Both the position numbers and the translations under genes were made by a program. From Paramecium tetraurelia (lineage: Eukaryota): a DNA stretch of 64,000 bases. The stretch spans positions 1 to 64,000 of the forward strand of contig CT868656.1 of NCBI GenBank assembly GCA_000165425.1. The letters are read 5' to 3'. Below, one piece after another: positions 26,000 to 41,380 of this stretch. Position 1 is the stretch's first letter; every line of letters begins with the position of its first letter. Under the pieces are notes generated by a model that saw only the letters and a list, made by a program, of their open reading frames with translations, did not search any database and was not told where the DNA came from.

Positions 26000-28900
26000 G
26001 TACTTTAAAAGAAATCGAATAATTTTACATATTTATGCGAATTTGACTTATTATTTAGACTTGATTGATTATTTGAAATACCAGAATTCTAAAATCCTAA
26101 TCAAAAATTTCACACTCTAAAAAACTAATTTAATTCTTTTCATTTATTGAATAATCGATAATACTTTGAATGTAGTCTTATAATTCAATAATAATAGTTT
26201 ATATCTACAGGATTGCTGTTCCAATAGAAACAAAATTATATTCAATAATAGAAAAAACATGGAATTAATAATCTTGCTTAGGTCTCATTTATGAAAAAGA
26301 TATGTAAAATTGATTGCTCCCATCAACTTTAAGAATATCTAGAATATTTAAATTATTCTCAATAAACTTTATGCTAGAATTGCACGATCATATAGAGTAA
26401 TAAATGAGATTTAGATTTAAATATTATTAGATCATCCAGTTTTTAATACAAGATATTCTTTGTGCGATTGGTCCAAAGTTATGTTTATCTCAAATATAGG
26501 TTATTACCTAAAATGTTATGATTCTTCATTTATCGAATATAGAGCTCCCTTTAAAGATTTAGATATAGTTTAATCCACAAAAAATATTAATATTTACTAC
26601 TTATTAATTGGTAATACTTTGGCAAATAATAGATATATTGGATGAATAATAAAAGTTTGTCCAAAATCATTTTCAGCTAATACTATATTTATGCTTTAAA
26701 TTTCGTTAGAGCTCTAGTTATTATATATGATGGGACCAATATCAATTTTCTTGATTCTCCTTTCTTAAATATTGTCATAAACCCACTCAATAAATATTAA
26801 TGGTCCAATAATATCGGTTTCCTCACTGTCCTCTATTTTTAATCGGTCTATAGAGCCATAAAAATATTTAGAAGGTATTATTTATTTTTAAGTTGAATCT
26901 ATAGATGAATGATTACTTTTTTAAAACAATTGATAACATTTATTGTAACCCTTTAATGTAAATCCTAAACTAATTGCAGGGTTGCTCTTCGTTTCTGAAA
27001 TAATTTAAAAAGTAACGTTAGTTTTTATAGCTATTTCATTATATTCAATTGGATCTTAGAATTAAAATTCAAAATATTCTAAATTATATATCATAACTTC
27101 ATCTTCAAAATTATAATAAAATAATTTATGGCCTTAGAAAAAGAATTCGATTCTACTTGTTTGGATAACTTTTACCAACATAAGAGGTTTCCTTAGTCTA
27201 ATCTCAAATATTAAAATATAAGTTTTATTTTGACTTAAACTGGCCAAGGCCAAATATCTTGTATTGATCTAGTACTTTATAGGTCTAATCAATTTATAAT
27301 TGTCTAAATTGAAGGAATACACTTCTGATATCTCTAAAAGATCAAAATAATAACTGTTTAATTAATTATTGATTTAATGTACTCCCAAGAATTAAAACTA
27401 TTAGTTTAGTAGTTCCTTTAAGAAAATAATCTATATATTTTCTAACCTAAAAATTTGAACCTTTTTACGAATTAAAATTATCAAATATTGATTATACTAA
27501 ATCAATTTTGGGTTTTCTAATGAAAAGAAAAAGTGATTAGGTGTTAAAATCTAATTTTTTAGCTTGTTTTAGAGATAAATTTAATGTATTGTATTCAAGA
27601 TTTTATTGGTTTATTCGTTCAATAACATTTATTAATGGTGTTATATATTAATTACTTTAGGATCTTCACCACCTGACGTAAATATTAAAATAATTTATTA
27701 ACATTAAAGAATTTCAGTAATTTCAACTTAGATCTTAAATTTTTTAATTAATTTCCTCTATAAGCTTATAAGCTTGAATTCTTATTTATTTTGATTATGT
27801 AGGAGTAGATAACTTTAAAAATAAAATATCTAACAATTTTAGATATCAACTCTGCTTTTAGATGCATTATGGCAATTTTGAAAATAAATGTAATCTTCAG
27901 TTTGAATCATTGAAAAAGATGTGTTAGCATTAGCTTCATAATATAGTAAAATAGTATCCTGCTGATTAAAATTTTAGTGTTTTGGACACAGGAATTTAAA
28001 GGAGTATTAATCTAAAATATTTAATTTTAAATCTAAATTTTAATCAAGTTTTATCTCATATTTATTTGGTAATTCCAAACCTTCTTTACTGTAGAATATT
28101 GAGGATTCATTTTAACATTAATAATTGAAATCTAAAGTTTAGATTTTGTTGTATTGTTTCTCAATTATGTATTTCATTTCGAAGCAAATTTTAGTCTAGC
28201 TATTTTAAATATGATAGTTATTAACTTAGAAAATATATTTTTATGTTGGTTAAACAAAATTTCTAGGATATGAAATTTTATAAAATATTAGTTCTTTAGT
28301 ACTTTCATCGAGCCAATAGATCAAATTATAATTATTATCAAAATTAATATGCGAAGTATTAAGTTAAATTATTTATTAGCACTCTTAATTGTACATAACT
28401 TTAAGCTGACTGTGAGTTTTAGCAAAAAGGATGCTCTCCATCAATCGAATTTATACATCTGTACCTTCAAATGAAGCTATAAATTCATTGCTTTTATGAA
28501 AAATTACAGTTTTATTAATTGATTAATTATAGTGAACATAATAATAGAAGAAGCAATTCGATGTAAGTAGAAGATATCTAAAATTAGCAGGAAACTCAAA
28601 AAAAATTTACAACTCAACTTATCTTGTCTTGGTCATCAAAAATTAATAATACCCAAACTCACTGATTAAATAAAGCCTATATTAACAAATCTAAACATTC
28701 TCTAAATATGATATTTAGACAGGTTTTGCTAACTCTTCATTTACTAACTCTTTAATTTTCTATTACCAATAGATATACAGTCCCCAAGTTTTGCATTAAT
28801 AGAAAGATATGATATATTAATTATCATCTAATTTAAAATATTTCCTTTTACACATTTCATATTATTATTAGTTGATTTCATGTTATGATAGTAAATTCAT

Positions 28901-29050
28901 TTTGTTGTCTTAATCTATGCAGTATATCTGCAAATGAAAATTATGAAAACAAATTAATATAAATTGTGATTCTAAATTGATGAAAAATTCGTGACATTCA
29001 ATTCCTTTCAATTCATTAAGCTCAATTGATATAATACTCTACTCATTTAA
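26000..29050 (+). pseudogene. Probable decayed remnant of a large surface/transmembrane protein gene
   Basis: Coding-like Asn/Ile/Phe/Gln fragments (CAIGPKLCLSQIQVI near 26461, NGVIYIN near 27635) with frequent TGA and frame switches; no continuous frame found. Confidence 0.35.
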
Positions 29051-30451
29051 TTAGTTCAATCTATGATTTCCATAATAATCGATTACTTTTATACAAGTGA
29101 TAAAATAGGTTTGAGTCTTTATAAATTTACAGAATAACTAATCTTCAATTTATCTAAAACTAAAATATTCAATTGTCAATGTGGAGATTATATGTTCATC
29201 TACAAAGGATTAAATTCTTAAAGATTCACTAATTAAACTAATATTAGTTTGTTCTAATTCTTCTGTTTCACTCTCAATTAATAATAAATTCAATCTTGAT
29301 GAAAGGAATTTCTCCTAAGGTTCCATTATTTTTTCGTGACATACCTCTAGCGAACCCATGATAAAGTTCAAAAAAAGAGGTGTGATGAAAAGAGCTAAAA
29401 ATGATGGAGTCATAAACAATATTGAATATTTAAATAAATATTAAACATAATTCTCTTTCGTAGTGAAATTATTAAAAAATTCAACTACATGTATCCAATC
29501 ATCTAGTCATATACAAATATACAAGATAAGGAAAACAAAAGAAGTAGATAGAAATGTATTAAGGATAAGCCTTATTATTATTTAAATCTTTTATATGAAA
29601 TAAAGTCAATATTGCACCTAATGAAATGTTTTCAGACTTATCTTTTTTTAAGATTTTGTAATTTCATTCTATTTTTTAATATAAATAATGATGGAAGAAA
29701 TTAGGTGATTAAAGTTTATCACAGAGAAATTAGAATAATTAAGCTTTTTATTCAATTGACAGTATCAAACAAATAAGTTTAAAATTGTAATACATTTCTT
29801 ATTATTATAATATTCAATATCTCTAGTATTTCTTTATTTAATCCTTTACTACTTTTTAATTATAATAGAATAATAATATTATTGATTAGTAAAATCAATA
29901 ATTTTATCTTGTTTAAATTGTCTAAAATTTTCTAGCAAGCTCTAAATAATTTATGCTACATTCTGCTTACATGAATTAAAATTTAAGTCTGATAAGTTAT
30001 TTTAGGCACAGAAGATAAAGTTGAAGCTTTTATCATCAATTTCTCGTAGATCGACATCATATTAATATATTATTCCAAAATGAAAATCTGGAATGTCAAC
30101 TTGAGTAAAATTCGAATTAGATTTATAGAAGTACATTTAGGGATTATTTTTTAATATTTGAAATAAATTTTAATATATTCTAATGTCAGCTCTCACGGAA
30201 ATTTAATTTTCTTAAACTATTGGATTAATGTTTAAGTATTTTTTTCAAATTAAAATGCAGATGAAAATCCATAACAACAGAATAAATCAGAAATAGAATG
30301 AATGAAATTGGTTTAAACTTTAGATTTATATTTAATCGAAGTCATTTAAACAACTAATGGATAATTATGAATTAAACAATTTAATACTATGAATGAATAC
30401 ATTATGAATTTCAATCAAGTCCTTACTCTTTATGTAGTTCAAAATATCATT

Positions 30452-33400
30452 TCAAATTTTTAAGAACTCGTCGAAAATATCTTCTAGACTGCTGTGCATA
30501 ACAAAAAAATGCATCAAATGAAATAATGGGTTAAGTTTCATTTATTTGAGGCTTGAGGCTATTAATCTATAAATTGAAATTCTTCCAAATATTGAAATTG
30601 CTTCAATCACAGTTTATTATATTACAATATTCACTAAGAAAATAATAACCATTAAATATATTTCTGATTGAGCTTCCAATCTAAAATATACTTGATAATT
30701 ACCTGGTTCTGTGAATAATAAAGAGGATAATATTCGGCAATATCAATAATATGATTAGAATGAACGAACTAATAATCGCAGGAATTTTTCTGAATCTGTA
30801 TATTGTTTCAATAATTTTATAGAATATTCTCAGAATAAAAATAATAATAGGGTTAACGATCATAAAAGCAAATATGAGAGATATGTTAAGACTTTAAAAG
30901 TAAAACTCTACAATATTAAAAGTTAACAATAAATTAATTTAGGATATGACTTCTAAAATTCTATAACTAAATTTAATTTATTAGTCTTTATAATTAACAA
31001 GTGAAATGACTTGATGTATTTCCTAATAATTAAATTAAAAATATACTTTGAATTTTTTATTTGAAAAGTGTAGAACTTCCTTTGTACATCATTTTATTTA
31101 CATCTACCTTCACACTACAAACTTCTTATAACATTCTCATCGATCTGAATTATCTTTCAAGTCCCTGATTAATTAAAAAATATAAATTCCGAATAGTATC
31201 ATAGTCAAGGAGCTTGTACAAATAATTAAAATAAAGAAATCATCTTAGAATGAAGTGATATCAAAACCAGCTTCTTCTGTGCTATTATTAAATACATCTA
31301 CAAAACTAAAATTTGTAGAAGAAATTAAAAATATTTCCCCCAAACTCTTGCATTCACAAGTTAATTCAATAGTTTCATTGTTTTCTACTTTATTTAAATT
31401 ACATTTATGGAATCCTCCAGAGACTGTTTGCTTGAAATACACAATATCTCATATTCTTTAATTTTTTATGATTAATTAGAACAGATCTCATATGTTCCAA
31501 ATTTAGTGCCAAAGTAAGATGAAATATTTTCATAAGTTATATATCTGTTTTTAATAACATTGAATAATTTTATTAAGTAATAATTATCTGACAATATTTG
31601 CATATTTTTGTCCTTAAAATGTTATTAAAGCATTTTATCTTAGTCTGGACTGAATATTAATGGATTTATTGAAAGATGTGTAGATTCATATTGAATAAAA
31701 TCTATTATGTAGTCTTCAAATGCTGGTTCAATATTAAATTATTAATTGAACATCTTTTTTGTCCTTTTTTTTAATTGAAAAATCATATCTTTACCCTCAA
31801 TATATAATGGTTAGTCATTAACAACAATATTATTCTATATTTCATCTGTAATAGAACTTTTATACTTTAACAATTCCACAATGCTTGAGTAAATTGTTGT
31901 ATTTGTTGTATTGGCTGATAAAAAGTTAGAATACAATTCATCAACAAAGTATATTAGATTGGTTAAACCTCCTTAAAAGTTTTATAGTTATTAGAAAAGT
32001 TCTTGATTCCAAACATAATTATTTTGATTGAGCCCCTCTTCACTTTACTTTTTCATTCCACTAAAATATTTAAATGATGAATCTAATTTCTTAACATTAT
32101 CTTGTAACTCTTCTATCTCGTTGTTGAATTAGAATTAGGATCATCCTGATTTTATGTAATAAAGAAACGACTTGAATTTTTATCATAACATCCTTTTTAA
32201 TTTGATTCAAATAATAATCGATTCTTAGGTTTGGTCTATCCAAACTATATTAAAAACTACCTATATAATTTTATAGCTTAAAATTTTACGATGTTATCGT
32301 TTTAATCTGGCAAAATTTATTAGTAAAGCAAATCAAGATAAATTTAATTATGTAACTCATTACATTTTTAATTCATTGCTTCAAATAACAAAGAAATCTT
32401 GTTTTGCAATTTCAAATTTGTAAATTATATTTAGGAACAATTAATTTTTGCAGGGGTTGAAGTAATTAACTCATAAATAGGAGTTATTGATCCTCCTTAA
32501 TCAAGCACTTATAATAAAAGTCCAATTTTTGAAGAATCCACTGAAGAAGAAATTTAAATCTAAAATTGAGTTTATGACTAATAAGGATAAAGAATTAAGG
32601 AATTATCAGATGAACCTTTCAAAAAATCTGTTAAATCTTATTCTCTCAAAAATACTCTAAGTTCGTACTTATAAGGAGAATCATCTGAGTATTAACAAGA
32701 AGTAGTAACCATCATATTTGAAAGTGCTTAATCATTAGAACGAGTAATAGTTAATTTTGAACAGATAGGAGGTTAATTAATAGTCAGTTTTATGGTATTT
32801 AGACTAGGCATCATATTGTTTGTATATTATGCTGTAAATTTAAGATTAATGTTATTCCCCAATTTTAACTCTTCTAGACTATTAAATAACTTAAATTAAT
32901 GAGAAAAATATTTAGGTTACAGTATTGCTATTATCTGATAGTTATATATAAGTGCAATTGATAGATCTAATAACTAAGATTTTTAATTGAATGGGATTAG
33001 AAATGTAAAATTCAGCTATTCATAATTATTAACCTATCTCATTAAATAACCCTAATTGAAATCTAAATCTAAAACAGGGAAATCATCCTCAAGAAAAACG
33101 ATAATTTATGTAAATTTTTAAATTTAGTCAAATTTGGTTACTATGACTGACCATTCCTACACAGTTAAGGAAGAAATTGAATTCTTCTTAATAAACTAAA
33201 ATGTATCTGTAACATTGACATTAATTAATTATTTTAATTAATTTATGCAAGTGCTATTTAAAGTTAAATCCTTACAGGCTACTTGGACATACAAATCTGG
33301 ATCAGTATTCCAATCATATATTGTGTCTAAATCTCTACATTATATCTATAAATTGAGATCCTTTCTAATACTCTAGATTTCTTTGTTATTAAATTTGCAT

Positions 33401-36400
33401 ATTAATCCAGCATATGGGATTTAAATACTCAAATTTTATTATTGAGCCTTATTTGTATTTAAATTTGTTGCATTAACTTAGAACGTATAACTTGTATTAG
33501 GACTTAATGTATATTTTAGAATGCTAGCTTAAATTTTTTCAAAAGGATTAGATTACATGGATTTATTTAATTGTGAAGAAGATGACTTTTTAGGATATCT
33601 ATCAATTTCACTAATTTCAATCAAATATTTAGAACTATCACTTTAATTTGATTAATATAAAGTGTTAGCAGATAAACCTATAGTAATTGTCTCATATACG
33701 AAATATTAAGGTTTTACAATTATATCAATGTATGGAAGGCTTCCTGAATGAGTTTATATTGTAAATTCTGATTATGAATGAATATTAATGAAATTTTCAT
33801 ATTAGATCTTAAATTTGAGAATTCCATCACCAGGTAATGTAAGTTTGGGTATAAGTAAATTATATTCCTAAAGTAAATTGATTTATGTAATGAAATCTCT
33901 CAAGGATTCTGTAATTTGGCTTGTTTCTGCTTAAACAGTCCATTTGATATTATTTAATTTTCTAAATCCATATTTTTTTATTGATTTCAAATAAATTGAG
34001 TTTTCTGTATAAGGATTCAATTTGTGTAAAGGTACAATATACTCAATTTATGGAGCCAATGGGTTTAGTGGCAATTATAATGTTGGAAAAATAAACTTGT
34101 TTAGATTAGTAATCACAATTAACATGAGATAAAGAATTACTTAGAAATAGTAATTCATCACCTACATTTATTTTTGAGTTTTCTCCTAAAGTTATAAATA
34201 ATTGATGATTATCATCTGGATCAAGAAAGCATTAACAATTTAACCCAAAATTTGAGACAGATTCTAATTCAAATAATTACAAACATTTATTTAATTCAAA
34301 TTATGAATTAAATGATTTTGAATTTAAAACGAAATCAAAATGAATAATTATTCTACTGATATCATCTGATAAGTATACTTTAATAACTGCAACTTAACAA
34401 GCTAAAAATATTGAAATTCACTTACTTGAACACCAAGGAGTATTATAATACCAAATTGAATTTGGTGGAGGCACGCAATTCATATCATCATTTATTATTC
34501 TATTGGCATTACAAGATAAACACCCAAATTTATTACATTCCAAACAGGAGCTATCACATAATTAACAATCTTCATTTAATTGATCATCAAAATAGCCTGG
34601 TTGACATATGCATTAAGGTTCTTAAATTCTATTACCTTTACATTTGTTGCAATTCGATGATGAATTACTACAAGTAACACATTGAAATGCACATTCTATA
34701 TAAGATTGTTAATAATTAATACAATCGCATAATATGGACCCATTTTCATAATATCCATCACTACATTTACAATCGTTTCCAGATCTTCCTGGTTTACAAG
34801 TCAAACAATTTTATGGTTAAGTAGCACATGTATTACATTAATATGCACACACTTATTTTAAGATAATAAATACTTTAACATGTCAATTATAAATCTTCAT
34901 AATATCCATCAATACAATTACACATTGGGGGTTTAAATCGTATTGAATTTTAACAAATTTAACAGTTATTTGAATCATTTATACAACTTTTACATTTAAC
35001 ATTGCATTTTTAGCATTATAATTACGTTCCATCATCATAATAACCTTCTTTACAATTACATTAATCAGACAAAGACTTTCTGTTTGAATTTAATTCAAAT
35101 TTACAACTTAAACATTAATCACTTACATTTATACAAGTTTAACATTTATAATGACATTCTTTAAATAATATTTGGATATTTACTTTAACAAATCTAATTT
35201 TGATCTTGATAAAATCCAATTATACATGGACATTTGTGAATAAAGGATTAATCTATTCTTTTTGAATTGGAATCACAACTTGTACAATAATCAGGCGAAC
35301 CTTAACATGTTAAANNNNNNNNNNNNNNNNNNNNNNNNNNNNNNNNNNNNNNNNNNNNNNNNNNNNNNNNNNNNNNNNNNNNNNNNNNNNNNNNNNNNNN
35401 NNNNNNNNNNNNNNNNNNNNNNNNNNNNNNNNNNNNNNNNNNNNNNNNNNNNNNNNNNNNNNNNCAATACAAATGCAATTATTATTATTTAATTTTCTAA
35501 ATTATACACAAGATGTACAATGATTTAATTATTACTAACATATTTTACAACTTTGATCACATTATTAACAAATTCCATTAAGTTCAAGATAACCAATTTA
35601 ACAATCACAAGTTTTAGTAATTTCATTAAGTTGTCTAAATTAATCAGAATCACATTATGTGCAATTATTAGATGTAAATTCACATGCAGAACAAATTGAA
35701 TTACATTTTTAACATAGTTGTAATCCAATATCATAATATCCTTATTAACATTTACAATTAGTTTCTAATTTCCTTGTTTATGGACATGATACACATTAAT
35801 AAGATTGATTAATACAACTTAAACATTAAACATCACATTTTTAACATTTAACTGATTAGCCATCATCAAAATATCCAAATAAACATTTACAAGTGTTATT
35901 ATAAAATACTCTATTTGAAATGTTAGAATCAACACATTAAATACATGATGATGAATCTCCAGAATTACAATTTAAACAGGAATAGTGACATTTTTAACAG
36001 ATTTCAACTCCAGTATTATAATAACCTACATCACAATCACAAGAAAATAGTTAATCATTGTAAATTCTATTTGATTCAAATGAGCATAATTCACATTTTG
36101 TGTCGATGTCATTACATCTAAGGCATGAGTAATGGCATTCTAATTATTAATTTAGAAAATATATACATTAACAAATTTCATTTTATCCATCATCGTAATA
36201 TCTTTAATTGCATTTGCATGTTTTGAAATCAGAAACTAACTATCTTAAACTGTTATCTTAACAAGAAGTACAATATTCAGATTATTTTGAGCATCCTTTA
36301 CATTTGTAACTGCATTCTAATGATAACAATTGATAAATACTTTGGCAGACAGGCAATCCTGCATCATAATATCCTTCTTTGCAAAAACAAGTATTACCTA

Positions 36401-39400
36401 CTTAATACCTATTATCTGTGTCGATACAAGATATACAATCCATTTCTTCTGTTCCTCCACATGTTGCACAAGAATAATGGCACCCTTACAGTTATATGAA
36501 AATATACTTTAGCATTTAACCAAACCATTAAATTCAAATGTACTTATTGAAGCACCTTAAAACTTAGAAGCACATAAACATTTATTTCCAACAAGATATC
36601 TATCATCAGAGCAGGATGTACAATTATCAAAATTGTCAACACATTCGTAACAAAGAGCACTACAAGCTAAAATTTTAGTTTAATAATTACTTGCACATTC
36701 AGAAAACTTCCAATTTCAAAATAATGTGGTTAGCATTTACATTAATTAAGCTTAAGTTCTCTATATGACAATGAATCACATGAGAGACATGAATTTTCAG
36801 TTTAGGTCTGACAAGTTTTACATTTGAGGTGGCATTCTATAATTTATTTTTATATTACTTTCACAAGTTACGAAATTTTCTTAATCATAATACTCTTCTG
36901 GACAAAGGCAACCCAAATCAGAATCATAAGTACGCAATGAATTTAAAGGACAACTCAAACATTTTTCAGCCTACTCTTCACAGGTTTCACATTTATATGA
37001 GCATTCTATTATGCAAATAATCTTAGTAATTACTTTTGCATTTAGATGATCCTGGTTCATCATAATATCCATCAATACATTTGCATGAGTTTCCTTTTAA
37101 AACCCTAAGATGATAATCAATTGAACAGTTGATGCAACCTTCAGATGTATTATCGAAGCATTAAAAACAAGAATAATGACATTCTAATAATGTTTAAAAT
37201 AGAGTTACTTGCACATTCTAATTAACCAACATCGTAATACCCCGATGGACATAGACAAGATGATAAATCAAATACTCTAGATGTTGAATCACACGTTAGA
37301 CAGTTAAATGAAAGAGGACCATAGCAGGTTAGACAGGATATATCACATTATAAACAAGCTGGTAGTAATCCATCATCAAAGAAGTTTGAGGATTCACAAA
37401 TACATTAAAACTAAGTAGCTAATGGATCACTAGGTGTTCTAGTTTGAGGACATTCTAAACATGCATTTTAGTCAATATTATCGGCACATCTTAAACATGA
37501 ATAATGGCATTCTAGTTATATTATTTATTATTACTTTAACACTCAATGTTTTCTGTCTGATCATCAAAATATGATGTTTTACATAAGCATTCTCCTGATG
37601 TTGTTAAATATCTATGTGAGCTTTCTAAGCAAGAGGTGCAATGTGTTGGACCAAAATCATTACATATTCCGCAGGTATAATCGCAGACTTAATATAATTA
37701 ATAAAAATACTTATGCAAATATCTGAAGTGCCATCAAAATCACCATAATTTTCTTTGCAATCACAATTCAGATTCTCTGAAAGAACTCGATTTTATCCAG
37801 GAATGCAAGTTAGACAATATTAATTTGAAGTATCATCAGCTGCTTAGAAACATTATTTGCATCTTGGATGGCATTCTTAATTTAGAATTACAAATACTTC
37901 CACATTTTGTTTCTTAGACTTCATAATCAGCATAACCAGATTTACAAGGACAAGAATTATCAACCTGAATTCTATTTGTAGTTATTTCGTCTGGACATAA
38001 AGTACAATCATTATTTGTTGGACCAGCACAATTTAAACAAGATAAATCACATACTTTATTATTATTCAGAATGTTTACCAATACATGTCACACTTCCATT
38101 TGTAGGTTCACAAGACCCAGGTTTACAAATGCATTATTGATCAACTAATATTCTATTTGTTTCAGGTGCACATGAGGTACATGAAAAAAAATTACCTATT
38201 TCACACTCTTAACAATAACCCTCAGAGCACATTACACACTCATCAATTTTAAGACCATAATTTGGCTTACATATGCAAATACCATTATCAATGGTTTAAT
38301 TATTAAAACCATCACAAGTCGTACAAAAATCTGGATTTGTATCCAAACATGTAACACAGTTTGAGTTGCATGTGATTGGTTAGCATGTGCCATCCGATTG
38401 TAAACTATGCCAGGGCCAACAGGCTACACAGTTTATTCCTTCCTGATCCAAAAAGAAACAGCCTTATTTCTTAGTTTTAATCCCTAAAGAAATATTTTTT
38501 TAATCAAATTTACATAGGCAATACGAATTAACACTATCATAAATATACCCTGGATCACATAAAGTACATCCAATATTATAAATATATTCTCCAGTAGGTG
38601 ATACTGATTGACTAATCACTGTTTATCTTGAGATATGACAAGAATGTTATCGTAAGCATTAATAAGTATCAGGATCATCATTTCTCAGTAATAATTTCTT
38701 ATAATTAGAATCACAGATCTCACAATTTCGTCTTGCATGCTACATTGGAACTGAACTACAACTTAAACAACCCTCTTAACATTCTATACAATACTATTGA
38801 AAATGTACCAGCACAAAAATTGGAATCCAACAAAGTTCCCGGTAAGCAAACATTGCTAACTTAAAATTCATTAGTGCCAGAATCATAATAGCAGGTTGTA
38901 AACCCATTACAACCTATATAAGTTAATCCTATGATTTACGTAATGAGCATGTTTTATCATCAGAATTTCTGTTAACGTTGCCTGGAAGGCATTTACTACA
39001 ACTTACACTGTCTTCACATTCCAAACAATTTGGTAAGCATTCTTAAATAAATTTGATTAATACATCGGGGTGGATTTGCAAATCTTTAATCAAAACTCCA
39101 CATAACTTTTTTACACTCTAGTCCAAAGTAAGGAGGCTTGCAAAATTGGCAACTATAAATGCCATTTTGGTAAGCAGTTATCAAGCATCGTTTATTTATT
39201 TCATCTGTCAATGCTAATCTATTAATTCCCGATACTTACATTTGCAATAATATTTATAATTTCCATCTGCTAGCATCTCCATCACTAACTGATCACCATC
39301 AGCAAACCCACAATGAACTGTGGTATTATCCCTCGTTAGAGTCCCTGCTCCCCAAGGTTGGAATCTTGGATGGCATAAATGCTGAGTCCCATTTAATTCT

Positions 39401-39625
39401 ATTTTCACAACAACATCTGTCACATCCTTACAAATTGAAGCATAAGCTAAAAATAAATCTTTTAAAATTACAGAAGCATTAGTGAGGATGCAAGCCAACC
39501 ATCGGCACATGCAATTCTGGACATTTTCCTGTTGAATATTGATAATGCGAATAATAAGACAAGTAGTACTCTCTAAACCCAAAAACTTGTGAGATGATCG
39601 ACATAAAAAGTAAGTTGATGATCAT
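30452..39625 (-). CDS. Inverted paralogue of the 1-7513 surface receptor, with its 5' end present (signal peptide, furin-like repeats, REJ-like, GPS-like, TM); contains an N gap and small indels
   Basis: Reverse complement of 30250-37270 aligns with 1-7780; start MIINLLFMSIISQVFG at 39625; ELTCECKSLGEIFL at ~31330-31370; indels near 31140, 32120 and 36705. Confidence 0.85.
35315..35464. other. Assembly gap (150 N)
   Basis: N run; flanks correspond to ~1810 and ~2660 of the + copy, implying ~850 bp missing. Confidence 0.95.
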
Positions 39626-41260
39626 TTCTTATATTTAATATTATTCAAAAAAAAATCGAACCTTCCATTTCAATTTCTATCGTAGTATTAAACTAAAATT
39701 TGTTGTTTCGTCTTGTGTTTTGTCATGGGTTTTTATAATTAAATAAATAAAAAATTATTTTATTAATAATAGTTTCTTAGTTCAAATAGTTTACTACGTA
39801 ATATTATTGTCTGATTGTATATAAAGCTTCACTCAATTAATATTATAGAATTTCATTCTTCCTGAAAAATTAAGGAAAGTTTTTGATTGGAAGAGGTTAT
39901 TAAATCATTCATTTAGCAATGTTCAAGTTTATTCTTTTTTCAGTTTAATATAATCGATTATGAGGTTGCAAAAAATTGTGGATGAATAATGATCTGTATT
40001 ATTAATTAATTATATAAATAATGATAATACTAATATATTCTAAAAATAGTACATTTTTATTGATTCCCATATCACTTTCTCAACTTAAAGAATTATTATG
40101 CTCTCTAGTTATTCCTACTTTTTATTAATCTCTAACTTAAATCAAGAGCATTCAATATCATTTTTATAACAAATAAAATAATTTTTCCTATACATATTTA
40201 GTAAAATAATATTTTGAAAAACTTCAAATCAATGAATGTTGTATGTATTTTTAATTCAACATCTTAAGTTCTCAATAATACTTAGATTTAAAAATTCTAA
40301 TTTTTGTGTCAATTTGCGATAATTTTATTTTTAAAACCAAACTTCATCTTATTGTTTAAATTAACCCTAGAGTTAATAATTTTAAGTAGATGAATAAATT
40401 TTAATGTGTTTGGAAAATGTATTATAAAATCAAACCTCTGAGTATTTATCTTTTTTCAATTCATCTTTTATTATTTCAATTAATGATATATCCATCATTT
40501 AATTATGTATTTTTTTATCATAATATTTCATAATAAATTCTCTCTTATGGGTTTAGTTGAAATATTATAAATTTCTGAAATTTAAATAAATAAGACTAAG
40601 AATTAAAAATCATAATCCTGAAACAGAACATAAAATACTAATGTGAATATCAGTAGGAAAGAGTTGAATTATAAGGATGATTGATTATTAATTTTATATG
40701 TAAATGAATCAACAATATAAACCTTATAGTTAGACCAAAAATGGTTAAATTTCAAAAGATGAATTTAATATTCATTAAAGCTTTATATGTGGTTGGTTCT
40801 TTGACTATAAACAAAATTTAAGCTAATGTATTATCTTATATGGGTAAACAAAAACTATAGGAGTATCTCTAATCAGAGTTTTTGTCGATTCTAAAATTGG
40901 CCTTTACGGATAGCGAGATAAGTAGTTCAATTATTTGATGATGATAGGATCCTGTTTTTCATATTTTTGTGCAAAGAAATTTTGAGTCAATTAATTAATC
41001 TGTTGACTTCATTATTTTTTTTGAATCTTCACTGTATGAAGTAGTATATTTCGCTTCGTATCCTTATTTTTTATACAATTACACAGTAGGTCTGAGAAAT
41101 AATTTTGATTTGTAATAACTTCTTTTAAGGATTAATCCACAGATCAATCCAAAGTTGATGGTCAAGAGGGAATATTTCAAGAACAAGAGCGAAAATCATT
41201 CAGCTTGCTTTTAGATATTTGATAAGAAATTGAGGGTAATTTAATTGATTTTGTTTGATT

Positions 41261-41380
41261 ATATTTCCTAATTGGAAAAAGACCTGTTGATTTACTGGAG
41301 AATTCTGAGTCAAATGATTTTACTATGAGTCATACTGATATCATCTGGCTAACAACTTAAATAGTCAATTTATTGACTAA
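41261..41380 (+). pseudogene. Orphan ~120 bp duplicate fragment of the OSCA-like gene
   Basis: atatttcctaattggaaaaagacctgttgattta...catactgatatcatctggctaacaa...aaatagtca matches 24922-25040 with scattered substitutions. Confidence 0.85.

Noticed and set aside
7780..30250. Composite transposon bounded by the inverted arms
   Set aside because: The arms are surface-protein genes; no transposase, terminal repeats or target duplication were seen.
40600..41240. Possible gene upstream of the OSCA fragment
   Set aside because: Coding-like, but interrupted by TGA TGA TGA; I could not build a consistent splice model or recognise a motif.
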